A stretch of 64,000 bases of DNA from Amoebophrya sp. A120 (GCA_905178155.1 CAJINV010000002.1:8389224-8453223), one strand, 5' to 3'. Shown: positions 23,353 through 37,014, numbered from the stretch's first letter. Notes: generated by a model not told the origin, from the letters alone. Numbers and translations: made by a program.

Positions 23353-24039
23353 TTATCCGTCTGCATGCTCTGCCAACTCCAGCAATTTTCCCGAGGTCAT
23401 TTCCAGTTCTTTTTGCAATCTTTTTTCAAAGTCGATGCTTCGCTGTTTTTCCTCTGCCAACTTCGTTTCCTCTTCTTCAGTGAGGAGTCTCAGCCTCTTT
23501 TTCTCCTCGAGTGCATCCAAGTCTTTCATCACGTGAGGCATCACACCGACGTAAAACACCAATGACGCAAAAGAGAGCATTCGGAGGAACCGCCAGGTAC
23601 GCGGTTCGTAGACCAGGCGACAGTAGAACTTTTTGAGCCTCGACTTGAATACATCGTGGTCTGGAGGTGCAGCGGAGTTTTGTCCTTGGTTTTCAGTAGA
23701 AGTCGTTGCAGCTGTACCAGTGCCATTGGCGGACGTGCTGGAGTAGAAGGAGCGGAATCTTGCTCTATCCGCTGTAAGGACCCTGACCGCTGCAGTCTTC
23801 GACTGGTTCCCTAGCACTGAGAAGATTCGTAAAGATCTAAAAGTGGAGTACAGCCGGGCTCTGTCGCAGGTTATTTGTGAAGAGGATCTGCTTCTCCCTC
23901 TGGCTCTGCTGCTGCAGCTGGCCCACAAAAGTTGTACTCCAGGCTGTGGTATAGGTATTGATTCGCCAGTCGCTCCTACAACTGGTTCCAACGTTCCGCG
24001 CCAGTGTCGGCATATGAACCGAGGCGGAGAAACAAACAT
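23353..24039 (-). CDS. Hypothetical single-TM, coiled-coil protein (possibly mitochondrial)
   Basis: Ser/Arg-rich N-terminus, hydrophobic LSFASLVFYVGVM, charged C-terminal coil; start codon uncertain. Confidence 0.55.
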   Translation of the reverse strand: MFVSPPRFICRHWRGTLEPVVGATGESIPIPQPGVQLLWASCSSRARGRSRSSSQITCDRARLYSTFRSLRIFSVLGNQSKTAAVRVLTADRARFRSFYSSTSANGTGTAATTSTENQGQNSAAPPDHDVFKSRLKKFYCRLVYEPRTWRFLRMLSFASLVFYVGVMPHVMKDLDALEEKKRLRLLTEEEETKLAEEKQRSIDFEKRLQKELEMTSGKLLELAEHADG

Positions 24040-25441
24040 GTCCGAAGAACACGATCTCGGGAATGATAGTACCCGCCCCGACGAGTTCGGAACCAATTCA
24101 GTAATTGAACCACGTGGACCTGGAATCCTCACTCTGGTGAGTGTTGATCCAAGACATAGATAGAGATACTTCAGAATCAGTCACGATAAAAACCGAAGGG
24201 CGTGACGAGAGTCAGTTGGTGTATCAGGTGTATTTGATCGGTACGCGGTCGCGATGACATCCGGATCTCGCGGCTGCTCGGAAGCGAGCCTGGTCCTATC
24301 CATATCCTATCTAAACATCTTCAAACTCGTAGAAGAACTGGAGAAACTGAAACAAGCGATTGATGAACACGGTGCGGAGCGGCGCGTAGGCTGTTCCTGC
24401 CTGATGACCCGGAGGTTCCACAACGGCTAAAGCAAAACCCTCGCGTTGCTTCGTTACTCTTCTTGTTTTTCAAAGCACGCCTTTCTATTTATACAGTGTT
24501 GATGGAGGAGGAAGTATTTCGGGTCCGGTGCTACTCGTCAGCTTCTCCTTTCTTCCTAGCTCCAGCTACAACTACAGCACTCCATTTATCGACATGTGAT
24601 AGCCTGCGCTGCTAACACACTACGACAACCTAGGCGCTTTTTGTTTTCAATTTCAATTGATAGGTAAACAATGTACATTTTTTAATACAGTTTTACGACT
24701 TGTTAATTTTTGAAATTTCGCTTTCAATTATAATTCATTGCTATTTCTTCACGTTAATTTCGTCACAAGCCTGATGCTTCGACGACTGTACGTTGACGCT
24801 CTTGCTCGGAGCGAATAGGGAATATTTCACGAGGATACAGGTTTGGTACAAGATTTTTTTCTAGAATCAGTGCGAAAATTAAAATTTGCATCAAGAGGAC
24901 CACATATTGAGCGGCACAATTCATTCATTCAGTCACAACAAGCTTATCCGTTTAGTAGAGACCATCATCTTCTCTTTCGTCTTTTTGGATGTGCTTACAA
25001 GTGTATCTCTCAAGCGTTTTCGCAAAACAAGATATCATGTATTAGTTGTCAAGTTGTAAAAGTTGAGGTCAAAGCACACGATAAGTAGAGATAGACTGGA
25101 TATACAATCGCTTCATAATTCACTTTTTTCGATTGGTAATTTGTCTGTTATTCGTGAATAAGCAAAGCTTAGAGTCAAAGAGAGATGACACCGAGTCGAG
25201 CTCAGTGCACGAATCCCATTATTTAGTTTTTCTCCTGCAGCCAGAGGTGTAGGAGTAGGCGTAATTGTAATCTAGGATTTTGTCCTTGGTAGTAGGAAAC
25301 GCGCTTCCGAGTTCTCTCGTACTTCGGTTCATGTGTCTCGTGCGAATGTGGCTGCAGCTAACTGCAGACGTTTCGATGCTTGCGTCTGCGATCATTTTCG
25401 ACAAGAAGAAGAGTTCCTCCCCGTCAGAGGAAAACACAACC

Positions 25442-27115
25442 TCAATCCACCTCCTCATCCGGCTCCATCTCCGATTCGAAAGACATCCCGATAGCATCGC
25501 CGTGCGCACTACGCATCCGATCGAAGCTCGGACTGACCGCACCGTACATCTCCACGAACTTGCTCCCGGTCATCTTCTTAGCGGACGATTTTTTACTGTG
25601 CAAAGAAGCAAAACTGCTGCTCGTGGAGGTGGTATTTCCGGTTTTCATCCGCGCGGCAAGTTTCGGACCCAGATTCTCGTCGAACTGGCGCGAAGACGAG
25701 GGTTTCATCTTGTCGTGCACATTTTCGTGATTTTTACTCCGGTTGTAGATGCAGCGCAGCACAATCAGACCGAAGATGGAGATCACCCCGAACACCTGGA
25801 CATTCTGGTTGTGCAGAATCGACTTTAGGTTGGCGGCGTCGGTCTTGAACTTGAAGGCGGTCTGCTCGTCCTGGAAGAAGAACGCGTTGGTTGCAGCCGG
25901 TTTTTCGAAGGTGAAAGTTCTGGTATAGGAGTGAGATTGGAACGCCGCGTTTTTGTTTTTCATCTTCTTGTCCGCACTTTGGTCTTCCAATTGGATGGCG
26001 GACGCAGAAGTGGCGGAGGTAGCGGTGGCCGATGACGCAGCTTTGGCTTCTTGTTGTTCCACCAGCGCTTTGGCTTGTTGTTTCTCTTCTTGCTCCTTCT
26101 GCAGCCTCGCTGTGCCACGGAACGATGGGTTCTTCTTGATGCTGGGTGTAGTTGGTTGATTTGCGTCCTCGGTGGTGACGGTTTCTCTTTCTGCTGGATC
26201 GGTGTTGGGCACATCGTGGGTCGACGTTTTATCGCCGATTTGCTGTTGCTGCAGCGTGGAGGAGGAGGCCGAAGTTGCAACACTGCCTTGTTTGGAGATT
26301 TCCACATGGGGCATCGTATCCACGTAAGCTTGGAACTCCATTTCCAACTCGTTCTGTTCGCCCTCGCCCTTCACCACGTCAAAAGTGACTTTTCCGCCGC
26401 GCTCGAAATAATCGGCCGGACGACTTATCGTGTTTTCGGTAGCTGTGTCCTTGAAATCACCATCACCTTTGACGAGCTCGATTTTGGGTCCTGGGCCTTC
26501 AGGTTCAGAATTCAGCTCGGGTATCTCAGTATTGGCGAAAATAAGGTGGTTTATCTTGTTATCATCTGTAAAGCTGCCGCCCCGATACATCCTAGTCGTG
26601 AAGCAAGTAACTGAAACTCCCTTGCTCTGCAGTAGAGGCGGAGGAACATCATTATTGAGTGCTGTAAGATAAAGGCAATCTTATGCATGAGCATGACATC
26701 AATGGAAATGAGTATAGCGTTCCTACCTTTTCCATTTTTCACTTCTCTTCGAACTGTCTTCTGGAAAAGCAAAAGGCAACAACTTTGCAGTATGATAAGG
26801 GAAAGGATAATCGGGGGCGGACCAGTAACGCGCGTGCAGCTCGGTCGCCTTGCCGTCCTTGATGGACTCCATGACCTGCTTGAACGCGGGGTCGTCTTGT
26901 AATTTCGCTTTTATTGTTTGTTCCATTTCCCGTTGAGAGCTACTGAGGTTGCGAGTGATGGCGTCGTCCTTGGCGGCTTGATTGATCTCTTGTTCAGCTG
27001 TTTCTTGTACATCTCTTGCAGGTAAATTCTCATTTGCAAGTTTTGTCGCGATTTCGGTTGCCACCAGCTCTTGATCATGTTGCGGAACCGTAACTTTAGA
27101 ACCCTGGCCCCCCAT
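25442..27115 (-). CDS. Hypothetical protein, MGGQGSK (myristoylation-like) N-terminus, one TM segment, one GT-AG intron
   Basis: ORFs 26723-27172 and 25442-26590 join through AAAAG|gtagg...ctag|G ATG; hydrophobic VFGVISIFGLIVL. Confidence 0.65.
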
Positions 27116-29938
27116 TTTGTTTTGCTGTGAACAATGCGCCTCGTTCACTGGAAAGCCTTTTGCAACTCCCAATATTTGCTCAGGGTGGTCTAGCTAGCAT
27201 GATTTTACAATGAATCGAAACTTTCTATAATCTGAGTTGAGTTTCAATCTCCTGCTCGGCTCCAGGAAAGAGCCCAAACAACTACGGTGGAAGTGGAACA
27301 GAAAGTACACGTCCATACACACATCATTTGGAACTTAGATAGAAGATGGAAGCGCAGCAGGATAATACATGGCACGGTACTATAGTTCGTTATGCCAACG
27401 CCAAGCATCTCCAACAGACGAGGGACGTCAAAATCACATGGTGCCTACCGCAACAAAGACAATCACCTACATGATTGGCTAGTCAAGCGAACGTCTGACC
27501 ACATTTACGCCAGCGACAAAGATATTAAAATATGCAACTCTAACATCGCAACAACAGATGAACTCTCGAGGTAATATCCGAGCTCCATCTCGTAGTTCTC
27601 GTATTTCGCTCAAGACGAACGCGTCTTGCCCTCATTTTCCGATCAATCACATTGGGTGAAAAACTCAGAATTCTGCCAACCTACCTTTTGAGACAAAATG
27701 GTGCTTCCGCTTCGAGCACGACGAGTGGTAACAAGGTCGTAGACGATGTCGACGACAAGGCTGATATGCCGATTTCGAACGATCAGAGCCTCGAGGAACG
27801 AACAACGTTAACGCGGAAAATCAAATACAATACTGTAAACCAAAAATAAGAATCACTTACACTTGCGATTGCAACTGATTTCGGCCTCCTGCGAAACAAA
27901 TAGGACAAAGCTTTTCTTTGAGCAGGGTTCCTGAGCCGGCAAATCCGTGAACATATGCCCCCCTTCAGAAACTCACAAGCCGCAACAAAACGAGCAACAG
28001 AACACATACTTGAAGACGAACGCATAAAATCTCGTTCTTTGTGAGAGATAGAGATGCATACATGTTGATGTGTTCTTTGATAAAAAAGCTCAGCATGTCC
28101 GAATAATAAGCCCCAGTTCGAAGTTCCGCGGAAAAAAAGTATTTGCTTGATGTGGCGGCACAAGTTGAAGTTGCTCTTACCTTCGGTTAGATTGTCGTCT
28201 TCATGGTCGCATCTGAGTTCTTTCTTACTTCGCTAGCTCGGGCTCCAGGCCAGGACGTCAATCAAGCATCGTGAGTTACTCACAACTCTGGCTCTGCAGG
28301 TAGCAAGCTGTCAACTGCTCTCATCAACGGCCGTACAGTGCTCTACTTACCTAAGTAAGTAAGTGTGCAAGAACGCCAGCTAGTCATATTGATAATCATC
28401 ACTAGCTCGATCTGGCTGCAGCTGCAAGAGGTTTGAAGTCACAGATAGAGTGTACAAGGCCTATCAATCATGGGTGACGCCGGCGAAAAAGTGAGGGTAA
28501 AAGTATATTCAGACGGCTACATACTTTGAAGACAGCAGAGCACGGAGCACTGTTATGAAGTCAAAAGTGGGCTGTTGCATTTTCGATGAGGAAGAGAACT
28601 CGATAAAAAAACGAAGGTCCAATTCCTGATCTAGTATTTCCAGGGAAAATCTCAATCTGCATACCACAGAATCTTCGACGTTGCCAGGAAACGACACTAA
28701 GGCTTAAAATAGCTGATCTGGGAGACGTGAGATGTGCTCTTTCTCTTTTGTTGGCTCGCCGGGTCCCCCATCGGCAATTTACTCGTTGTCGTTCCCGGAA
28801 AAATTGAAGTTTCTAGTGGGTGGTCGACTGTTTCCAATTTTGTTTCCAGTAGTATACAGGAACAGGTTTAATAAGTAAAACTAGCGTGGCGATGCTGATA
28901 TGGTGTGGTCAAAGGGTCGTTTGGATTTGTGTGTGACGTATTAAAAAGGATAGGTGGCCACCCATACCTCCTTGCAATTTAGCCCAAAGATAGTAGTCAA
29001 AGACCGTGACAAGGCCCGTTCAAAGTAGTCGAAGAGCTTGTTGATGTGTGTGTTGCTTGTCGCTTGTGGTAGTTCGAAAAAGTGTTATATTATGTGTAGT
29101 TTGCGCTTGCGGGACTTCTAGCTCGGTAGACCTGAACACGTAGGTAAAAAAATCTTGTTCGCATCGAAGTAAAACTGAGTGGAAGAAGTAGCACTCTCAA
29201 CAGTAAAAGTAGAGCATAACGCCGTCGACTAGCAAGTAGAACTTTCCGTGTGGCGCACAGAATTTACTTCTTACTTAAGTCGTTCTCGCACCTACTCGAT
29301 GCTCCTGGCGACATACTTCAGCCAGCACTAGTGTGTTTTTGGTGCTGTTTCAAGTCATTATTTTTCATTCTTCCAAATTTCCCTAACAAGTGTAAAGCTC
29401 CTGTGAAATAAATAAGTCCCCCGAACAAAAGCAGCAGTGATGCGATGTCAACATCTTCTGCGAAAACTCTCTCATGTTACCTCTTCCTTTTGAGTAACTT
29501 TCACCTTCAGTCGTTTGCTGAAAGTTGAGTAGCAGAGGGTATTTTTCTGCTTCTGCTTTTGTCGTGTTAAACTTGTTAAACTGTAAACTGTCGGTAGAAG
29601 TTAGTTGTGGTTGCGACTAAAACTTCTATCTACCTTGATGATCGTGACTTTTGCTAAATTTAGACTTGATTCGTAATTTTTGTACTGTTGCCTCTATTAG
29701 AACAGGAGCGTAGTGCTGGTGGACCAGTAGCATGTGAAATGCAGTGTCGAGAAACGCAGTCGGTGACGAAAATTAGGCGGAAATCGGCGGTCCGTCCGTA
29801 TTAACCTCCTCTGCAACAACCGAAAAAGCCGCGCTGTTTTGATTTTTAACTCCTCAAATCGTTCGCATTTTTTGGTGATCACAAACCAAATAAATCCGTC
29901 GATCGATTTAATACCTTATGTTGATCTCCTTCCTGATG

Positions 29939-32900
29939 TCATGCGGTGAAAAACCAATCCAGGTTTTTTGGAAAAGCCCAAAGCCAATGTCTATCGCAAA
30001 TAAAATATACCGTTGACTTTCTCTGTTGCCTGGGCGGCGGCGCTAGCCCCACTGCCCTGCTACTGTTCGGATTTCCTCCTATCGTTCCACCTCCGTTGGC
30101 GCTGTCCCCTCGCCCGTTACCGCCGCTGTTGTGCCCTCCCGCCCCCTGGCCCTTCACGTCGATCACAGAAGGGTGATTCTCGTCGATGGGCTCGGTGAAG
30201 CGCAAATTTGTGGTCAGCGGCTGGCTGTCGTGCTCCCGGACGGCCATCGAGCCGTTGTTGTTTGCGGGCGTGAGGGATTCTCGCTGACTGTCGTACTTCA
30301 TATTCTTCCCCTGGAACTTCATACGAGTGTCAAAGCTGTTGTACCATTTTGATTTCTTCGTAAGCGAGTCTCAGCATCACTCTTGCAGAACCAGACCCAG
30401 GCAGTAGAAGAGAAGCACATATATGCATAGAGAAGAAACGTAAAATAGTTGTAATCGTAATAAATAATGTTCTTACCCTGGCAACTTTTCCCAGTCGAAT
30501 TGTGGCTCGGTGCCTTCTGGTTCTCCCTCCATCTCTATGAGAGTGCACAGCGTCCCCTTTCCCACATTTGAAGACCATGAGCAGCATCACAGACACCGCG
30601 AGAAATATCGCTTCCGCATGCCAGATCTGCACAGAAATTGAAGTGCTGGCTTCGGGTTAGAAAATCTGTCATGCAGAGTAGAGAGCCTAAGGGCAAGACG
30701 AAGACGCGGATTTGGCATTTTGCATGACAAATGTTGAGGAGAGGACGATTTGTGCATTCTCATAATCTCCTGCACTACGATGTCGCGGAAAATTCTTCTC
30801 AACGCGTATCAAAATGAAAAATCCCCCCTCCCCATATCAAAGCGGAAATTTGTGATGCGGATTTGTGGTCACAAATCATCTTTGTCTTGCATATAGGGTC
30901 ATAGGAGCCATTTAACGCGTTCGTAAGCAAGTCTGTCATGCGCTTTCGACTACTGCAAACCTGTTTACCATGCGCAATTGGTAGCCTTCTGCGTACTCAA
31001 ACAGGCGCAGAAAATGCCGCCAAGCACTTTCTGCAAGACAAATCTGATTTGTGTACGCAAATTCAGCATCAGAAACTTCGTTTCGATATGGGGAGGGGGG
31101 ATTTTTCCTTTCAATAACGCGGCGTAGTCGGGTCGGTCCTCAAACCTCAACTTTCGACAGTAGGAGAGGTAACTGGCGAACTGTAGGGGGCAGTTGCGGC
31201 ACAGGGTTTCTATGGGCACGGCCTTCTTCTTGTCGCGTATCTTCGCATACTTCTCCTGCTTGGACGCGACTTTTATACCTGATGGAAGCAAAGACAACAA
31301 CGACTACAACAACTTCCAGATTGATTACTTAGCGACACAACTGCTAGCAGTTCCAAAAAAGAGGAGTTGAAGCTACACGAAGTCAAAGCTCATCTTTCTT
31401 TTTTTTATTGGATAAAAGTCTAGTAGTACCCTGCCATGGCAATTGCCCGAGATAGAGGTAGAGCAGAACGTAGGCAATGGCCTCGAGGTCGTCTCTTCTC
31501 GATTGCTCACACCCACTATGTGCGTTTATGGAGGCGTACCTGTTTATTCACATGGGGTCTAGAAGGCTGGCATTGAAATTGATGTGTGGCTTCGGGGTGC
31601 GCATACTTACTTCCTTTGAAGGTTCGAATCGTCAGTGCATCGCTCAAATTAGTACACGACTATGCACGCACGACGATGCGACTGCAAGACGCGGCCGAGT
31701 CATACATAAAAAACGCATCTCATGATTTCTTTATGTTTTGGCTTCGTCCACCTCCACCTCAAAGGATCTCTTACCTCGCCGTCCCCGTCAAATTCTTTCC
31801 TTCTCTAAACGCGATGTGATGGTGGGTTTTTGGATCGCGGTACTTCTTTGCCAACCCGAAGTCGATCATGTAGAGTATGCCTTTCCGTTTCCTGCCGATC
31901 CAGTATGAGAGTACACAACTCGCCCCCCTCTCGCTGATTTGAAGGGCAATTCTAGCGTCACATGCAAACTACACCTGGAAAATATTGATGCAGCGGCTGC
32001 ATAAAAACAAATGCAGGTCCGGAGCCGGACTGTAGTGCAGTGGGGGCCTCTTGCACTTGTCATGCAAACACAACCTTAACTTTAGAAAAAGGCTTAGCTC
32101 AAAGAGGATTTGGCAGTTTGCATGAGGGCGGTGAGGGGGGGCTTTGTGCACTGTCATATCAAGAAATTATCGGGTTTGATGTCGCGATGGACGAAATTGC
32201 GGCTGTGCAGGTACTCCACGCGCGATATCATCTGCTCCGCGATCAGACACACTGTTCTCAAGGTGAATTTCCGGTTGCACAGATTGAACAGGTCCTCGAG
32301 ACTTGGCCCGAGCAAGTCCATGACCATCACGTTTCGTTCCGCGTCGCATTCCGAGTAAATCACCTGGGCAATGCCGGGTCCTGAGTGGTTCGTTGAGTTT
32401 AGGTTGCAATAAACTACAACTACTTCACGCTAATATAATACGTTGATTTGATAAACCGCGACCACACTTTGATGACAGAATCGACCTCATCACGCACCAC
32501 AACAGAACGTTGCGGTGGGTCTACATCACTGCCAAGCTGATTATGCAGCACTCAAATGTAGTATGGCTATCACTATGTCAATGTCCTGTCACACGTCGGA
32601 GAAGGAGCTTCATACAGCACAATAAGTAACTTCTGAAATCTTTCACTAGTAATTTCACCTCCCTGCAGATGCTTGAGCAATTTCGCCTCGTACATGAGCT
32701 GGGGGTGTTATGACAGCGCACAACTCCCCTGCCCCCTCATTTGTATGGCATGAACAGCAACACAAACACCAGCACACGTGGAGCCTGAGCATGACAAGTT
32801 CCTGCGCCGACTGTAGTACTGTTTGGGCTTCCATAATTTGCCACACAATAAACAGCGCTACAAGGCAGCAGCTGGATTTGGAATTTTGCATGACAAATGA

Positions 32901-33717
32901 GGGGGCGGGGGAGTTGTGCATTGTCATAGGTGTTTGCAGTCCGATGGCTCGATTTTCACCGCATACTCCTCCTGTGTCAGTGTATGGATTGCAAAGATGT
33001 CTGGAGGTCTGGAAACTTGTAATGCTGAACTGTCATGATTGACTGGGCCTTTAAGTGCAGTGCAGCATGACAAATGTTTCAAAGGCTTTCTCATTCTCAT
33101 GCGCAGGACGCATTACAAACTGCGTTTTTGCATGACAAAGTGTGGCGCGGCTTTCTTTGCTCCTGCTTATGCAGCAATATACATCTTTCAGGAATGCGAA
33201 ACATGCAATACAGGTTCAACCTTTATTCCAGACCCAGACATATTTGGATTTGATACAGTGTGTGGTAGCACCAAAAAATTTCGCCGAAGGAGCCGCTTCC
33301 CAACTTTTTCCCGAGGGCGAAGACACCACCGATGATATCAAAATGAAAAATCCCCCCTCCCCATATCAAAACGGAAATTTGTGATGCTGATTTGTGACCA
33401 CAAATCAGCTTTGTATTGCACAGAGGCACTGCGGCCAGATCCCCAGGTTAGGTAGGGGCGTATGGGTCTAGTAGTTCAGCATGGCAAACGGCCCCCCTTT
33501 AGGCCAGACAGCATGACAAATCGCTTCCATAATGGGGCGGAAGCTTCTGCCCTTGTCTTCTTGCAAGACAGATGTGATTTGTGACCTCAAATCCGCAACA
33601 CAAATTTTTGGAAGCCTACCTTTTCAATATGGGGAGGGGGGATTTTTCCTCTCAATAGATGAGATTCTGCTGCGTGGCGTCGGACGCCGCAGCCGTTGTG
33701 CTTATCTCGGACGCCAT
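29939..33717 (-). CDS. CSNK1: Casein kinase 1 with six introners and at least four GT-AG introns (3' end approximate)
   Basis: Reassembled: MASEIST...[14 protein letters not shown]...YAVKIE...KHPQLMYE...[12 protein letters not shown]...[12 protein letters not shown]...[11 protein letters not shown]...LTGTARYASIN...EQSRRDDLE...LPWQG...PDYAALRRIF...FDW. Confidence 0.93.
30536..30764 (-). mobile_element. Introner-like non-canonical intron, family C
   Basis: TIR tatgagagtgcaca / tgtgcattctcata; TSD atctc. Removal gives VQEMEGE...QFDW. Confidence 0.85.
30807..31116 (-). mobile_element. Introner-like non-canonical intron, family D
   Basis: TIR tatcaaaatgaaaaatcccccctccccatatc / gatatggggaggggggatttttcctttcaata; TSD acgcg. 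Removal gives PDYAA|LRRIFRD. Confidence 0.9.
31904..32158 (-). mobile_element. Introner-like non-canonical intron, family C
   Basis: TIR tatgagagtacacaactcgcccccctc / gagggggggctttgtgcactgtcata; TSD tccag/tcaag (1 mismatch). Removal gives [10 protein letters not shown]|IGRK. Confidence 0.9.
32709..32928 (-). mobile_element. Introner-like non-canonical intron, family C
   Basis: About 35-bp near-perfect TIR starting tatgacagcgcacaactcccc and ending ggggagttgtgcattgtcata; TSD ggtgt. Removal gives CKH|PQLMYE. Confidence 0.92.
32983..33255 (-). mobile_element. Introner-like non-canonical intron, family B
   Basis: Ends tatggattgcaaagatgtctgg / ccagacccagacatatttggatttgata; TSD cagtg. Removal gives CYHTL|TQEEYAVK. 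Confidence 0.88.
33336..33657 (-). mobile_element. Introner-like non-canonical intron, family D
   Basis: TIR tatcaaaatgaaaaatcccccctccccatat / atatggggaggggggatttttcctctcaata; TSD gatga. Removal gives QNLI|[11 protein letters not shown]. Confidence 0.9.
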
Positions 33718-36700
33718 CTTCCTCGCGTCTTCTACTTCAGCCGACGACGCGAAGGAGGTCCAGTTGCTCCACCTTGTTGGTAGAAGTCTTCTATCCGAGG
33801 ATACTGGAAAGTGCCGCGTTCAGCTGCGCTCTTCTCGTTGGAAAAAGAACGAGCTCCGCACTTTCGGGTCTTCGGGGTTAGAAAACTGGTGACGCGTGCA
33901 GCCGGTGTCGGTGTTCCTGTTGTCGAAAAAAGAAGCCGCTGCTGCTGTTGTACGTGGTCGTGGAGGTCGGGGGCCGTCAGAGTTGCGGGAGGTTCTTTGG
34001 TGGGCGCACCGGCGTTGCGGCCCTCCACGTACAGTGCCGTCGCACGCAACTCTTCCGACTGCAACTCCGGCGTAAAAATATAAATAAAGCGCTTCGAAAA
34101 TAAATAAAAATTGTATGCGTGAATAGAACTGGCACTACCCAAGTTATTTCATTTTCTTTTACGAATACAGCTTCAGTGGGGGAAGTACATCATATTCATG
34201 TGGTAAGAGCTTGCTCATGCTCCTTCTTCAACAAAGTCGAAAAAAGGAAGTCAACACTAAACAAATAGAAGCTTGCCTTTAGCTTTATCTTTACATTTCG
34301 TTACATACGACTGCATCTCAGGGCAGCAAAAGACAAGAACAGCCTCAGTATACACTGCGCTGTTCAATTTTTCACAAAGACAAACGACGTCTCAGAGCTT
34401 CCTTAAACAGTAACCACGACAAAAAGGTTTTTCACCTCCCTGGGGTCACATCAGCTTTTTGGCTGTTTCTAGTTTTATTCAAGAGTCCTTATTATTGGAG
34501 CCTTGCATGATTATTTTGTTGGGGCAAAAATCATCTTTCTTTACAAGCTAACTAAGGGTATGCTCTGTTCACTAATTTAGCCCACGTGAAGGTTATAAGT
34601 AGCCAAAGCTAGAAAAATTGTTCTACAAAAGTATCGATAAAACAGAGTTGATTCGTTTCTGCTTCCGTCTAGTTCAGTTGCAGTTCACAGAAGCTGAAAC
34701 ACCAAGACAGGTGGTAGAATCGACGAAAGTAAACCTATAGTGGCTTACTTAGTTATCCTTTGTTTTTCGTAGCACAGCAACACCATCCTCTGATCGTATT
34801 TGGAAGAGGCGTCGAAGGTATGTTGAGTCAAAAAGAATTCGCGAGGCAAAACTTCTCAAGGTGAGCATGTAAGAACAGGTAAAAGAACTGTATGGGTGGT
34901 GGCGAAGTTAGTAACGGTAGAGATTTTTAGAGATGATAAAGTGAGATACTAGTGTAAGTAGCTGAAAATAATCGGATGGGCAAGGTTCTATCAAAGTTTG
35001 TTCTTGTACATGCGTGCGCGTGCTTGTACTTCATCAATAGGTTCTTTTGGGGAGCAAATTCAGAAGGGGAAAAAACAGGTGAATAATGGGCAAAAAGGGT
35101 TTCAATTTTCTTGGATGAGCTGTGCGAAAATTTTTGTTGCAGAAAAGCAATAGGAAAGTTGCAGCAAGCAATCGCGATGTAGCTACGACTTTTTTCTTGT
35201 CGTCAATATTGTCTTGGTAGCAACAAACGGCCTGGAATCTGAGCCACGCGACTCCGACAAATTCAAGCAAGCAGCTGATGCTTTTTGTCTCGTTTTATTG
35301 ACGATAACTTTGAATAAAAGTAATGAATTGCCAAGAGGAAACGCGACCGAGAATAAGGATACTGATTAATATAGACAACGGGATCAACACAAATTTGCTC
35401 GCTCCTTGTACTCTACTTGCCTGCTCTCGCGGCTCTCAAGTTTTGTCCGATGAATTTCAGCGTCAACCTTTTTTTTCGTCCTGGCTGGTTGTACTTGGCT
35501 AGAAACTTCCAGACAATCGCCAGGGGCGCTTGCGTTTCAACTAGCAATGGGATATCAAGACTACGAGCATGCAGCTGTAGAAGAAGTTTGTTATTTCTAA
35601 GCCGCTTTTTTCTTGTGAGAAGCTCGCGCCGCTTTTTACGGAGCTCCAACAATGCAAAAGCAGTCGTGTTTATTGCGCCTCTCTTTCAGAGCTGCTAAAT
35701 TGGACTTGTCTATCAGTAAAAGAATGCTGTGCGGTCTACCTACTTGACGAAAAAAAAAACTACGGGAAGCAGAGCCAGAGGTCGCCGATTTCCTTAATAT
35801 TAATCACAATCGTCAGGAGGTGTCGGTGAGGAAATTTGATGTCTGTCTCATATGGACGCACATAAGTAGCAATCTTCACTACAGCGTCGAGTCATATATT
35901 TTGTTGACGTTCGGCTTTTTGCTTCTCCACTTTTTCGCCCGTCGTTTTTGGTTTTTTCGCTCGCTAACGCTTTCAGCCATCTTTGCCGTTTCTAGAAGTA
36001 GTCGTAGTTTTCTGCTTCTTGTTCATCACTCGCTGCTAACCATCATCTCACCTTACTTTCGAATTCTGTTTGGTGGTTCTACTTGGAGGCATAGTGATTT
36101 TGTTCAGAAATAAAAATGATGACTAGAAATTAGAGGCAAGAAATGAATGCCGACGTCAGCTTCGCTTTCGACTGACACCGCTTGTCCTTTATTTTCTCAT
36201 CAGACGCAAAAGTACTAACACACCGTCATCAAGTACCGATGAATCAGCTTTGCGGGCAGTTCTACTCTCATCAACAACACGAACAACAACTTCTACAACA
36301 GACACGTCTGACCGTGTCGCGATCCTCATACTACACAGAATGTACTAGCGTCGACATCAGTCCCCGACAACGCAGAAAAAGATACAAGGCAGAAGAGGCG
36401 CTAAACGTAGAAGAACGACAAGAGCGTAAATCTAATATTGGAGCCTTTGACTAGGACTAGCAGAACATCCAGCACGCCAGAGGAGCGCCAGCAGGTTGCC
36501 AGACTTGGTTTCCGAGCCGGCTACAGCTCAGAGATGAGCAGAGGTTTGTCGTGAAAGGAGCTGTGGTAGTTGTACATTCTTGTAAGCGCAAAAAATGTTC
36601 GCGGTCTTACGGACTTTCGTCTGCTCAGTCTGCAAAATCGAAACTGGTTCCAATCCGGAAGGACGGCCGACCGGCAATAGATGAAGTGTTGTCGTTCTAT

Positions 36701-37014
36701 TTCACAATTATTTGTTCCATATCACAAACACAGGCACCGTCGAGAATCTCAACGAGTGGGAATGTGTCGCGATATCTTCAAACTGTCTGCCGTCTTCGTC
36801 AGCTGTTAACTAACAGACTTTTTTACAATTCTTCTCCTCCTCCTGACGACGTTGGCCGCGGTCCCTCGGAAACGATTTTTACAGTGCAATTCTACAACTC
36901 TGGAGTAGAGATGGAAAGTCACAAAAATAAGTTACAGGGTGTTATCAGAAGATAAGTCAGGAGCAGGAGCTGCAGAAATAGTGCCATTTCTTGCTTCGAC
37001 AAGACCACTGTTGG

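Noticed and set aside
28344-28366. U1 snRNA 5' end (tacttacct)
   Set aside because: Followed by a taag microrepeat with no U1 stem-loops or Sm site.
29939-33717. CK1 (and LIG6) as transposon-disrupted pseudogenes
   Set aside because: After element removal there are no frameshifts or stops and all catalytic motifs are intact; RNA confirmation is still needed.
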